64,000 bases of DNA from NCBI GenBank assembly GCA_964557575.1, contig CAZLBC010000001.1, positions 2,296-66,295 on the forward strand. The letters run 5' to 3'. Made by a program: the position numbers and the translations under genes. The notes under the pieces were generated by a model, which was given only the letters and a program-made list of their open reading frames with translations, was not told where the DNA came from and did no database searches. Of the stretch, positions 8,560 to 17,590 are shown piece by piece. The stretch is from an uncultured Planctomycetaceae bacterium. Lineage in GTDB: Bacteria; Planctomycetota; Phycisphaerae; SM23-33. Within the stretch, counting starts at the first letter, position 1, and the number at the start of each line of letters is the position of its first letter.

Positions 8560-9929
8560 CTGAAGAACATCCGGCGTATCTGCGTCCGGCGCGATTCCGT
8601 CAACGTCTCTTCGATTTCTTCGTCGTCTTCGTCTTCGTCTTCGTCTTCGTCTTCCGCGTCCACGTCGTCCGGCGGAACGTAGGCGTACGCCCGCTCCGCC
8701 TTCGCCCCGAACTGCGCCAAGAAATCCTCGAAGTCCTTCGAGAATTGTTCCCAGTCGACTTTCGGCTCCATGACGGCCGCCGTCTCGGGTTCCTCGAAAA
8801 GAATCGACTCTGAAACATTCGCGTATTCGCACTCGTCGGAATGCGCTTTGTCGTAGACTTCCCAATCAGCATCCTTGTCTAACCAGTCGTCATCATCGTG
8901 TTCCGTTTCTTTTTCTTCGAAGTCCAAAATCATACTGTCGTTCGAAATGCTTTGAATACCGAACTCAGCCGCGAGTTTGTCTGCCCACCCTTTATAAATC
9001 CTGCTCTTCCGGGGATTGTCGCCAATTCCAAACAGTTTCCATTTAAAACCATCCTCAAGAAGTGCTGGGATAATTTCGTCGTGAACGATCCTGTACACAG
9101 TGTGGAATATCCGGAGTGTTGCGAGTCCAGAGGCTTCTTCATCTGCGTCCCCGAACACGAAATCTTCGGGACCAAAATGAATTTCGTAGTCAAGTGGGCT
9201 TGTTGCGTACCAGCCGTCTCGCTTAACAATAAGTTTGAACTCGCCAACCGGGGTTGAAAACAGGTAATCTGGAAAAACTAATAGACCGTATTGGTTCTTT
9301 GTAACCTCACCCGTTGGTTTCCATGGATAAGGTTTGTCCCCGATCCGTTCAGCAATGCTGTAGTCTTCAAACAACGCGCGAAGAACGAGTTTCCGAGACT
9401 CCTCGACCTTGCCGGGTTTCGGCCGCCCCGCCACGGTGATATGAAATTCAAGCTCCATCCCGTTGTCGGCCGTCGGAAGCGGAGTCAGCCCCAACGACAT
9501 GCGCCTGCGTTGCAATTCCGGGGATTCGATACGGATGAACCAGACGCGGTCCATGGCGTCCCATCCGATCGGGTCGACATCGACCATGTCTTTCAGCCAA
9601 AATTCAAACTGGTCGCCGCCGGTGAGGATCGCGTCTTTCCACCCGTCCCTCCCGTAAACCTTCTGAAGCTCTTCAACCTCGGAAGCGCGGACGACGGTAA
9701 CATGCGGGTTGTCGTAGCGGGGTTCGCACGGAACGCCGTTATACTGCAGAGCTTGAAAAGCGGACGACGGGATTCCCTTGTCGACCTGCAGGAAAGCCCA
9801 TGGTCCGTTGTCGCCTTCCTCGGCCTTCAACGTTCCCGTGAATGTCACGGTTTGCGCCCGGAGTTCCGGCTCCCCGACGTAGGCTTCAACCAGCGAACGG
9901 ACATGCGCGCTCTGGTTTATTCGCATCAT
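8556..9929 (-). CDS. 2H phosphoesterase (LigT/CPDase-like) fused to a C-terminal domain with poly-acidic tail
   Basis: Two H-x-T/S-x motifs (PHVTVV and FHITVAG) about 80 aa apart in the N-terminal 180 aa. The C-terminal DEDEDEDEDEDDEE tail is encoded by a (GTCTTC)n repeat. Confidence 0.6.
   Translation of the reverse strand: MMRINQSAHVRSLVEAYVGEPELRAQTVTFTGTLKAEEGDNGPWAFLQVDKGIPSSAFQALQYNGVPCEPRYDNPHVTVVRASEVEELQKVYGRDGWKDAILTGGDQFEFWLKDMVDVDPIGWDAMDRVWFIRIESPELQRRRMSLGLTPLPTADNGMELEFHITVAGRPKPGKVEESRKLVLRALFEDYSIAERIGDKPYPWKPTGEVTKNQYGLLVFPDYLFSTPVGEFKLIVKRDGWYATSPLDYEIHFGPEDFVFGDADEEASGLATLRIFHTVYRIVHDEIIPALLEDGFKWKLFGIGDNPRKSRIYKGWADKLAAEFGIQSISNDSMILDFEEKETEHDDDDWLDKDADWEVYDKAHSDECEYANVSESILFEEPETAAVMEPKVDWEQFSKDFEDFLAQFGAKAERAYAYVPPDDVDAEDEDEDEDEDDEEIEETLTESRRTQIRRMFFS
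8621..8657. repeat. (GTCTTC)n hexanucleotide repeat
   Basis: Encodes the DE-repeat tail of the 2H phosphoesterase protein. Confidence 0.7.
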
Positions 9930-9939
9930 CGGCCCCCTG

Positions 9940-12282
9940 TTACCTGATCGTTGTGACGTCGTCCCCGTAATTCTCGACCTTCGGTTCGATCAGCGGCATG
10001 CCCGATTCGATCGCGGCTTCGATCCGAGTAAGTTCGTTCATGAACCGGTCCCTGCGCCAGCCCTGCACGTTGTAGACGTTGGTGTCGGGGCGCGTGGAAT
10101 AATACCGGGGTTCGTCTTCGTCGACGAAAACCAGTCGCTTGACGTCGTTCGGTTGTCCCGGGAGACGCGATGCGTAGTCGTCGATATTCCACACCGCATC
10201 GGCCGCGCCGTGCGTAATGAACTCAAGGAACCGCGTCCAGTCCGTTTCCCACCATGTTTTCTTTTGTGTCAGGACGACGCGCGCCGGAGGCTTCGTATCG
10301 TCACGTGTTTGCTGCTGTTGCTCGGCTTCCGGCTCCGGAAGTTGTTCGCCTTCCGGCTCCGTCGCGGCCTGCGGCATTCCAGCAGTCGGAGGCCCGTAGT
10401 CGAACGCGACTTCCGGGGCTTCCCGGCGCGGATCGTCCATGACTGACTGCTCAACGAGCGCGCGGAGCGACGGGTCCATACAAAGCGACGCGCCGAGTTG
10501 AGACGCGGAACGCTTGGTGTAAAAGTACACCGCGCGGCCGTTGAATGGTTTGACCCGGTACACCGCGTATTTTCCTTCGTCCGGCATCTTGTCGACGGAC
10601 TGCACGCCGCTTTGCCGCATCTTGTCGATCAGTTTCTCTTTCCCGACCGACCACGCCATTCCCTTGCCGCCAGCGTATCCGGCCATCTTGTAGAACGGGG
10701 AGTGCGCGTACATCTGCTGAAGGAAGTTCTCCGGGTTGTTCATCTGACTGTCAAGCCAGTTCGGCGGCGATCCGGTTGCCCGGTATCCCTGTCCCGGAGC
10801 CTGTTGCTGCCCTCGCGCTTGCGGTTGTCCCGGAACTTGCTGCTGTCCCGGGGCCGGGACGAATACGTTTCGCGAACCCGGAGCGGCTTGCTGTTGCGCT
10901 CCCCTCGCGGCTGGTGCGGCCTGTTGTTGCCGGGGAGCTGCCTGTTGTTGCCGGGGAGCTGCCTGTTGTTGCCGGGGAGCTGCCTGTTGTTGCTGCGCGG
11001 CGGCCGTTTGCTCACCGCGTTGCTGCTGTCGAAGCATTCGGAGTTCGTGCTTTTGCTGGTCTCGCGCGGCGACGCGTTGCTGCCGTTCCGGACTGGTGTA
11101 ATGCTGCCACCCGGCTTTTCCGACGGCTCCCGCCGCCCGGCCCAAAGCTCCCAGCGTTTTCCCGGCGACTCCGGCTGCGCCGCGCACGGCTTGTCCCGCA
11201 ACCTGCGCACCCTTTTGAAGAACCTGACCGGATACACGGGGGTCGCCGCTTTTGGAAACGGTTCCCGTTCCGGACCACCCGCCTTCGTAATTTGTATGAA
11301 GCTCGTATCTTTCCCCGTCCGGCATCATGACACGAAGCCACGAATTGTCGCCGGACAACGCGGTCTGCAAGCTCGGCCCGGTCGCGCGGACTTCGAACAA
11401 AAGACGTTCGCACTCCGAGAAAAGAGTTTCAATGACAAGCGGAACGCGTCCGCCCAACGCTTCCGCGAGCGATTCCTTCCACTCCCCGGCCTTCTTCAGA
11501 AATGCTTTGTAACTCCGATCGATTTCCTGCATGTTCTGCTGTTGCATCTCCGGAGTCATATTTCGGGATTGCAGCAACTTGTTGAGCATATCGACAAGTT
11601 TCTGTCCGTATTGCTTCGCTTCGGGACTCGCTTGCTGCAGCAACTGCTGCACGTGGTCCCGCGCCTGCGTGGCGTTCTGAACCAAGTCGGGGCGAAGCTG
11701 TTGGCCGCTTTGTTCCTGCCCGGCCGATTGCGCTCCTGAACCTTCCGGCGCGCCTTGCGCCCAATTTCGAGCCGCTTGTCCGGCGGATTTAACTCCCTGA
11801 TCAATTCGCTGCTGACCGCGCCCGACGGCTTGGTCCGCTCGCTGAAGCATCTCGCCGCCTTTCTCGACGGCTTGCCTTCCTTTCGCGGCGACCTGTTTCC
11901 CCTTTTCCACGGCTCCCTTGGCTGCGCGCGTGACGTCTCCCTGCTCCGGGTACAGAGCGGCGACTTCCGCCGCGAACGTCTTCGGGTCGACCGGCTGGCC
12001 GTTCTTCAGAACTTGGTCCGAGAACTTCAACGTGTCGGCCGCGAACTTCTCGGCGTGTCCGAGGTAGGTTCGGGCCATCGGCACGTTTCGCCACGCCGCT
12101 CCCTGTTCAGCTCCCGGCGTCGTTGGCAACGCCGCGCCCGCTCCGCCTTCCGGCTGCCCGGGCTGCGGTTGAACAGCTTGCGGATCACCTTGAACCGCTT
12201 GCGCCTGCGCCGCTGCGGCTTCTTCCTGCTCACGCAGGATTCGACGAACTTCCGGCGGGATACTCAGTTCTTCGTTTTTCAT
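9940..12282 (-). CDS. large Gln/Ala-rich repeat protein (possible virion-internal/ejected protein)
   Basis: 780-aa ORF. ATG overlaps the end of the downstream gene. Contains QQQAAPR x4 from a 21-bp tandem DNA repeat. The C-terminal 200 aa are non-repetitive. Confidence 0.55.
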   Translation of the reverse strand: MKNEELSIPPEVRRILREQEEAAAAQAQAVQGDPQAVQPQPGQPEGGAGAALPTTPGAEQGAAWRNVPMARTYLGHAEKFAADTLKFSDQVLKNGQPVDPKTFAAEVAALYPEQGDVTRAAKGAVEKGKQVAAKGRQAVEKGGEMLQRADQAVGRGQQRIDQGVKSAGQAARNWAQGAPEGSGAQSAGQEQSGQQLRPDLVQNATQARDHVQQLLQQASPEAKQYGQKLVDMLNKLLQSRNMTPEMQQQNMQEIDRSYKAFLKKAGEWKESLAEALGGRVPLVIETLFSECERLLFEVRATGPSLQTALSGDNSWLRVMMPDGERYELHTNYEGGWSGTGTVSKSGDPRVSGQVLQKGAQVAGQAVRGAAGVAGKTLGALGRAAGAVGKAGWQHYTSPERQQRVAARDQQKHELRMLRQQQRGEQTAAAQQQQAAPRQQQAAPRQQQAAPRQQQAAPAARGAQQQAAPGSRNVFVPAPGQQQVPGQPQARGQQQAPGQGYRATGSPPNWLDSQMNNPENFLQQMYAHSPFYKMAGYAGGKGMAWSVGKEKLIDKMRQSGVQSVDKMPDEGKYAVYRVKPFNGRAVYFYTKRSASQLGASLCMDPSLRALVEQSVMDDPRREAPEVAFDYGPPTAGMPQAATEPEGEQLPEPEAEQQQQTRDDTKPPARVVLTQKKTWWETDWTRFLEFITHGAADAVWNIDDYASRLPGQPNDVKRLVFVDEDEPRYYSTRPDTNVYNVQGWRRDRFMNELTRIEAAIESGMPLIEPKVENYGDDVTTIR
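10917..10998. repeat. 21-bp tandem repeat x4 (CTGCCTGTTGTTGCCGGGGAG)
   Basis: Read directly. Encodes QQQAAPR repeats. Confidence 0.7.
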
Positions 12283-12288
12283 GTCGAA

Positions 12289-13287
12289 TCAGCCCTTGCG
12301 GTTGCGGTTCTTTCGCGGACCTCTGCGTCCGATCGGTCCGCGCGGTTGACGCTTGCGACGTTTCTTCGCCTTTTCGTCGTCGAAATCGGGACCGTCGTCG
12401 ACCGGCATCGGGCAGCGGCCCGCGCCGCGACCGGTCCGAGGGCCTTCGCCTTCCGGTCCGGTGCCGTCGAGATTCCGTTCGCACAGCATGCGCCCGATGA
12501 CGCCGCGCATCGAATCGTGAACCGACCCGACTTTCGACCCGGTGTACTCGTCGCCGGTTTCGCTGTCCTTGTCGGACCTCTGGTACATGGAATTTCCGAC
12601 CGTCATGCCGGAAGTTCGCGGCAAGTCGGCGGTCTGAACGCCGGGTTTCTGGTTCCCGGCGGCGGGCGGAATGTCCGCCGGGTCGTCGCCTGATCCGCCT
12701 TCGCTGGCGGGGAAATCCTTGTGGCCGATGGAAGTGATCGCGCTTCCCGACGTAGGGATGGTCGTCGTGGCATGCGCTTTTTGACTGGCGAGGTTGTCCG
12801 GGTCGATGTCGCGGCGGTTGTCCGCGCGGTCGCGTTTCTTGGCCGGACCGTGCCCTTTGACGCCGAAATCTCCGGGAAGCGTGTGCGCCGGGTTCATCTC
12901 CGCTTCGGTCACCCGGTTGGTCAAATCGAGGTCGTCGAGCATGCCGAGTTGAATAACGATGTCTTGAACCGCCTCGTTCATGTAATCGATCAGACCCGTG
13001 TCCACAACACGCTGTAGGAAGTCGAGCATCTCGGAGTCGGAACCGTTGCCCCGTTGTCCGGACGTCAGCCTGTCCAGCGACTCGGCGACATACTCGACCG
13101 GGTCGATGTCCGGCGCGTCCATCGGAACGCCCATCCCGCCGCCGGGCGACGGCATCGGACCCCAGTCGGCCGACGCTTTCGGCCCCTCGATCGAAATGTC
13201 TTCCACGATTTCCCGCGCGCCCTCGCAGCCGATCTGCGTGTGGGACGGCATCAGGTTCTCTCGAATGATCCGGCGAATGTCGCTCAT
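12289..13287 (-). CDS. hypothetical protein with polybasic C-terminus
   Basis: Trimmed to Met19 behind TGGAGGA. The out-of-frame 414-aa Arg-rich ORF covering this region was rejected. Confidence 0.5.
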   Translation of the reverse strand: MSDIRRIIRENLMPSHTQIGCEGAREIVEDISIEGPKASADWGPMPSPGGGMGVPMDAPDIDPVEYVAESLDRLTSGQRGNGSDSEMLDFLQRVVDTGLIDYMNEAVQDIVIQLGMLDDLDLTNRVTEAEMNPAHTLPGDFGVKGHGPAKKRDRADNRRDIDPDNLASQKAHATTTIPTSGSAITSIGHKDFPASEGGSGDDPADIPPAAGNQKPGVQTADLPRTSGMTVGNSMYQRSDKDSETGDEYTGSKVGSVHDSMRGVIGRMLCERNLDGTGPEGEGPRTGRGAGRCPMPVDDGPDFDDEKAKKRRKRQPRGPIGRRGPRKNRNRKG

Positions 13288-13337
13288 GGGATAATCCTCC
13301 ATTCCGCAGGACATCATACGCCGGGGCGCGAAATAGA

Positions 13338-13526
13338 TCAAACGTCGTCTTCGACGGTTTCACATCCTCGGGGACATGTCCGGGTTCCCGATCCGCCGGT
13401 CCCCTCGCACAGCGGACACTCGACGGGACCGACTCCGGGTTCGTCCCATCCGCCCCTGCCAGCGCAGCCGTCACATGGAATCTCGACCATCTTCTCGCCG
13501 CACACAGGGCATTTAACGAGCTTCTC
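13338..13526 (-). CDS. zinc-ribbon protein (four CxxC, DnaJ-type CxxCxGxG)
   Basis: TTG start 7 nt after AAGGAG. Contains CPVC, CDGCAGRG, CPLCEGTG and CPRGC. Confidence 0.4.
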   Translation of the reverse strand, partial: EKLVKCPVCGEKMVEIPCDGCAGRGGWDEPGVGPVECPLCEGTGGSGTRTCPRGCETVEDDV

Positions 13527-13560
13527 CAAGGCTTTTCTCCTTATCCGGGTGCTGAAGCAC

Positions 13561-13590
13561 AAACGCAAAAAGGGCGTCCGTGGACGCCCT
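13561..13590 (-). terminator. rho-independent terminator after SNF2 gene
   Basis: AGGGCGTCC-ACG-GACGCCCT followed by TTTTGCGTTT on the minus strand. Confidence 0.55.
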
Positions 13591-13615
13591 GTATTCTATC
13601 CTGAAGGCCGTACCC

Positions 13616-16477
13616 CTAAAATGGGGCGACCGCAAGTTCCGATTCCGGCAGACGGGACAGGTCGTAAATGTTTGCCTTTTCCGCTTTCTTCGGCTTCGCG
13701 TCGGCGTGATCGCCGAGGTCGACCGGAGCTTCCGCCTTCCGGGAGTTCAACGCGGCGTCGATGTTGCGCGCCTTCTTCGCGATCGTCTCGGCGATGTACG
13801 CGTCCAGCGATTCGTCGACAACGATGTAGTAGCTGTTGACGCATTGCGTTTGCCCGATCCGATTGGCGCGGTCCTCGGCCTGATCGACATCGCCCGGCCG
13901 CCACGGCAGTTCGGCGAAAACGACCGACGTCGCTTCGGTCAGCGTGATTCCTTCCCGGCAGGCTTGGATCGATCCGACGAAGACGCGGATGCCGTCGTCG
14001 TTCTGGAAGCGGTCGATCGACTCCTGCTTGGCCGCGTCGTCCATGCCGCCCTGCACCTGCACGACGCCGTATTCGGAAAGCGCGGCGGCGACTTGGTCCT
14101 GCACGTCGCGGTGATGCGCGAAAACGATTACTTTCTTGTTGCCGGACAGGACCTGATCGGCGAACTCGGCCGCGTGCTTGATCTTCAGCGATCCGATTTC
14201 CGCGCGAAGTTTGCTCATTTCTTCGAACAGGGCCGGGCTTCCCCGCAATTCGGAGATCGCTTCTTCGGCGTTGCCTTCGTTGATGTCTTCGAGCGAAATC
14301 CCGGCGTCCGACAACAGCTTGCGCTGCCGGGCTAGAATCCGCGACGCGCCCTTGACGTCCGACGGGTCCAACCGGACGACAGTGCGAATCTTGCCGGGGA
14401 GTTCCGTCAGGACTTCGGACTTCATCCGGCGCAGCATGAACTTCGAACGCATGATGCGCTGCAATTCATCGAGATTCGTCGCGCCGTCGTCCACCCAGCC
14501 CCAGCGGCCTTGATGCGCGCCGCAGTAACGGCGGGTGTACTTCTTGTAACCGCGACCAAGGCCCTTGGGATCGAGGTGGCGCAGCATCGCGTACAATTCC
14601 TTCGGACGGTTCGGGCAGGGGGTTCCGGTCAGGAAGTAGTTGCGGTTCGCCCGGTGCGCGACGCCTTCGACCTCGCGCCTCTTGCCGGAATCCCAGTAGC
14701 CGAACGCGATTTTCGCGCGGGTGGCCGTCCGGGTGTTCTTTCCGTAGTGGGCTTCGTCCCACACGGCGACGTCCCACGAGTAGTTCATCAGCCCGGGGCG
14801 GACGTTCTTCTGCGACAGGTTCGACCATCCGCAGATAACGAAATTCGCACGGGGGTCAATCGTCTTGTTGCCGTTGACGACTTGGATGGTCCAATCGCCG
14901 ACGAGCCACTTCTCGGCTTCCCGCTTCCAGTTCAGCCGCACGCTGGGCGGACAAACGACCAGCACTTTGCGGACGGACTTGTCGGCGTTGACCGCGCCGA
15001 GGACCTGAATGGTGTTGTGTGTCAGGATCGCGTGTTCCGTAACGTACAATCGGTCGGCGGCGTCAACGGAAATACAAACGCTTTCCACGTCGCGGACGTA
15101 CTCGACAGACTTAACCGTGCGGACGGGGTGCGCGTGTTTTCCGGGGTTGTACTTAGAAACCTTGCGACGGATAGTAAAGGGAGCTATCGTTTTTGGCAGG
15201 CGAATACGCACGGGGTACTCCGTGGGTTTCCCCTCGGAAGATCGATCGTATTCGTGTACAGACGCGATGCCGCCCAAACACTCCACCAGTTCTTGAACAT
15301 CGCAGGCGAGCGACCGGCTCGTCGTGTGATACGTCAGCCGGTTCCGTTCGGCACTGCAGCCGCCATCGCAGTCCATGAGTCCCTGCAACAGAGCGATACG
15401 CTGCGCCGGGGAGGATTCAAGGTACTGACGTGGTATGCGTTTGTCCTTGCTTCCGACGTCCAACCCGAGTTCCCTGATGCTTCTGATCGTTTCAAGAATA
15501 ACCGTGCGCGACGCGTTATCATACGTTTGGATCGCCCCGATTTCCGCCCCTGCCTTGACGATGTTTTCAACTATCTCGTCCAAGTCGGCGGCGTTCACCG
15601 TCGCCACTGCGCTGCTGCCCCTGAGACCCCCGTTCGCTATCAGTACGCCGAGCACGTACGCGGGCACGGGCAGTTCGGCGGCAGCACCAAACCGGGCAGG
15701 TCCAGATAGCATAGGCAACTGCAGCTTCACACCTTCCAAGTTCAGCTTCGTCGCTCTACCCTTCTCGTGCGATAACTCGATAGTCGGCCGATCCAGAAGC
15801 TGCTGGGTAGTTAGCGTCAGGTCGCTCAAGGTTCGCCCCCCGCGCCAGTATTTGACAGTCCACAGGTGCTCTGGACCGGACTCTACGCGGGACTCGTCAC
15901 TGAAGGTAACACGGTAACTTGGCTTCACACCCTGCGGGAACACGCCGACGACGTTCACGGGATGTCCGTCGCTGCCAATGACACGATCGCCCACACGCAG
16001 TGAGCCTATCGTCGTCCACCCGGTCGGTGTCAGCACGTGTGTGTCCACAGGTTGCTGCTTTCCGAGGCCCATGTCGTCGGCCAACAGGACGTCGCTGCTG
16101 TTGACGAGGTACTCAATGCCCGCCTTCTGAAACGGCATGTAAGCGAGTCCCTCGGGGGCCGGGGCGTCGAAGTCGCCGGTCGTGGCGCGGGAGCCGTTGA
16201 TGCGGTCGAGGATCGGCTGCACGAGAGCTTTGACGGCGTCGTCGCAGTAGTCGATCAGCGGCACGCACTTGTCCGCTTGTTTCGCCCGGCAGAACCACGT
16301 GCAAGGGGTGCCGGTTTCAGAGCCGGACTTGTCGAACGCGAACCCGACGCCGCCGCGCTTCCTTGAAAGGGCCGAGACGTCGTTCCAGTACGCGTCGCGT
16401 TCGGCCGGGCTTCCCCGGAAGGCTCCGGACAGTTCCGCGACGATCAGGTTCTTGTCTTTGCTCAGGGTCAGTTTCAT
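13616..16477 (-). CDS. SNF2-family helicase, intein-containing
   Basis: GGAGGACACC RBS. The P-loop LLADDMGLGK-[349 aa]-TIQVLGAV reconstitutes DEMGLGKT. C-terminal helicase motifs are present (DEAHYGKN, LTGTPCPN). Confidence 0.8.
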   Translation of the reverse strand: MKLTLSKDKNLIVAELSGAFRGSPAERDAYWNDVSALSRKRGGVGFAFDKSGSETGTPCTWFCRAKQADKCVPLIDYCDDAVKALVQPILDRINGSRATTGDFDAPAPEGLAYMPFQKAGIEYLVNSSDVLLADDMGLGKQQPVDTHVLTPTGWTTIGSLRVGDRVIGSDGHPVNVVGVFPQGVKPSYRVTFSDESRVESGPEHLWTVKYWRGGRTLSDLTLTTQQLLDRPTIELSHEKGRATKLNLEGVKLQLPMLSGPARFGAAAELPVPAYVLGVLIANGGLRGSSAVATVNAADLDEIVENIVKAGAEIGAIQTYDNASRTVILETIRSIRELGLDVGSKDKRIPRQYLESSPAQRIALLQGLMDCDGGCSAERNRLTYHTTSRSLACDVQELVECLGGIASVHEYDRSSEGKPTEYPVRIRLPKTIAPFTIRRKVSKYNPGKHAHPVRTVKSVEYVRDVESVCISVDAADRLYVTEHAILTHNTIQVLGAVNADKSVRKVLVVCPPSVRLNWKREAEKWLVGDWTIQVVNGNKTIDPRANFVICGWSNLSQKNVRPGLMNYSWDVAVWDEAHYGKNTRTATRAKIAFGYWDSGKRREVEGVAHRANRNYFLTGTPCPNRPKELYAMLRHLDPKGLGRGYKKYTRRYCGAHQGRWGWVDDGATNLDELQRIMRSKFMLRRMKSEVLTELPGKIRTVVRLDPSDVKGASRILARQRKLLSDAGISLEDINEGNAEEAISELRGSPALFEEMSKLRAEIGSLKIKHAAEFADQVLSGNKKVIVFAHHRDVQDQVAAALSEYGVVQVQGGMDDAAKQESIDRFQNDDGIRVFVGSIQACREGITLTEATSVVFAELPWRPGDVDQAEDRANRIGQTQCVNSYYIVVDESLDAYIAETIAKKARNIDAALNSRKAEAPVDLGDHADAKPKKAEKANIYDLSRLPESELAVAPF
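15011..16057 (-). mobile_element. class-3-type intein with LAGLIDADG homing endonuclease in SNF2 P-loop
   Basis: Starts QQPVDTHVLTPTG (Gln at position 1, block A DT). Trp in block B (EHLW), Cys in block F (ESVCISVD) and Thr in block G (ILTHN|T) give the WCT signature. LAGLIDADG motifs YVLGVLIANGG and LLQGLMDCDGG. Confidence 0.7.
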
Positions 16478-16548
16478 GGTGTCCTCCAGTGTTGTGGTCT
16501 TCGGTCCTCGACTCCACCGGAAATCTTATCGTGACCCGGGTTCATGTT

Positions 16549-16596
16549 CAAGAAAAATATCGGGGAGTTTACAAATTTTTTCTCGGAGAAATACAA
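16549..16596. promoter_or_regulatory. promoter-like direct repeat (two units) upstream of SNF2 gene
   Basis: GAAAAATATCGGGGAGTTTACAAA and TTTTTTCTCGGAGAAATACAAA. Confidence 0.45.
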
Positions 16597-16619
16597 ACCC
16601 CGGGGATTCACGCCCCGGG
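16597..16619 (-). terminator. hairpin CCCCGGGG-ATTCACG-CCCCGGGG
   Basis: Followed by only UUUGUAUUU on the minus strand, so it is a weak terminator candidate. Confidence 0.3.
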
Positions 16620-16710
16620 GTCCACTCCTGCCCCGTATACAGTTTTGCTTCTCGGAAGGAAAGCGGACGTTAAGTAGGCGCGTGTGGTCTCCCGAACCGG
16701 GGCGTTATAT

Positions 16711-16848
16711 TTCTTATGTTGAAAGAAAAGGAGTGCTTTCGAAGCGTCCGGGGGCGCGCGGTTTCGGGTCTCCTCGGAAACGCGCGCGCGCCGACAGCGT
16801 CAACGCCATCGCCGCGATCGTCAGTATCGTGAGGAAACCAAGAAACAT
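16711..16848 (-). CDS. small hydrophobic protein (45 aa, MFLGFLTILTIAAMALTL...)
   Basis: Below the ORF-track threshold. GGGAGA lies 6 nt upstream. The conserved CCGATAATACGGGTGG motif lies immediately upstream. Confidence 0.3.
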
Positions 16849-16863
16849 CCATGTTCTCCCGTC

Positions 16864-16882
16864 TGCGTGTCCACCCGTATTA
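16864..16882 (-). promoter_or_regulatory. conserved motif CCGATAATACGGGTGG upstream of small ORF 16711..16848
   Basis: See 7843. Confidence 0.4.
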
Positions 16883-16904
16883 TCGGATGAATCGCCGGGC
16901 GACT

Positions 16905-17414
16905 TTAGAATAAATCAGGGTTTTCGTTCAATACGTCCTTGTCGAGGTAATCGTCGCCGCGCCAGATTATTTTCTCCGCGTCGTAACTCTCCGGAGAAAG
17001 ATTCGGGTAACCGACGACCTTGTCGGCGCGGGGGTCGAACACGACGCCGGAAACAGCCAGCCAGTAATGTCCGCCGTTTCCGCGATACATCTCAACGGGA
17101 AGCCCGGCACCCTGAAAAACGGGCATCCACTGCGCGCAGGAATCGTACGCGTTGCACCAGTCGCACCGCTGCGACATCTCCGGGTACGCCTGCACGATGA
17201 CCTGTCTCGTGTTCTGGTCGGCGCGGGGATCGATCCAGATTCCGTCCAGCTTTTCCGCCGGATCGAGGTCGATGATTTCCATGGCCGCCGGGTCGACGTC
17301 GAACGCTTCCTCGTCCTCGTCCTCGTCCTCGTCCTTGGTTTCTTCCTCGACGAGGTTCTGTATTTTCTCGGCTTCCAGCAAGAGACGGGCGAGCGCGCTT
17401 TCAGGAATCTTCAT
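16905..17414 (-). CDS. hypothetical acidic protein
   Basis: ORF 16905..17549 trimmed to Met46. Contains a DEDEDEDEE run. Confidence 0.45.
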   Translation of the reverse strand: MKIPESALARLLLEAEKIQNLVEEETKDEDEDEDEEAFDVDPAAMEIIDLDPAEKLDGIWIDPRADQNTRQVIVQAYPEMSQRCDWCNAYDSCAQWMPVFQGAGLPVEMYRGNGGHYWLAVSGVVFDPRADKVVGYPNLSPESYDAEKIIWRGDDYLDKDVLNENPDLF

Positions 17415-17590
17415 TGGTGTGCCTCGCGGATTTTCTGCATGCTCGCCTCCGATTTCCAGTATAGGCAGGGAACCGGACTCCGACAACTGTTTGTCGCCGG
17501 AGTCCGATCCTGCGGGGGCGGGATCAGGGGGAGGGCTGCGGGCGGGCACCCGTAGTATCGGCGCGTCGCCCCCCGGCCCTTTAACCCGAT

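Noticed and set aside
8600-8872. Lys/Thr-rich 90-aa ORF antisense to the DE-repeat tail
   Set aside because: Mirror translation of the (GTCTTC)n repeat.
12230-13474. 414-aa Arg-rich ORF on the minus strand, plus similar long ORFs elsewhere (677..1756, 3043..4404, 4753..6045, 10498..11739, 14510..15709, 16544..17200)
   Set aside because: Arg/Ser/Pro-rich, low-complexity translations typical of off-frame or antisense reading of high-GC coding DNA. They overlap well-supported genes and lack RBSs.
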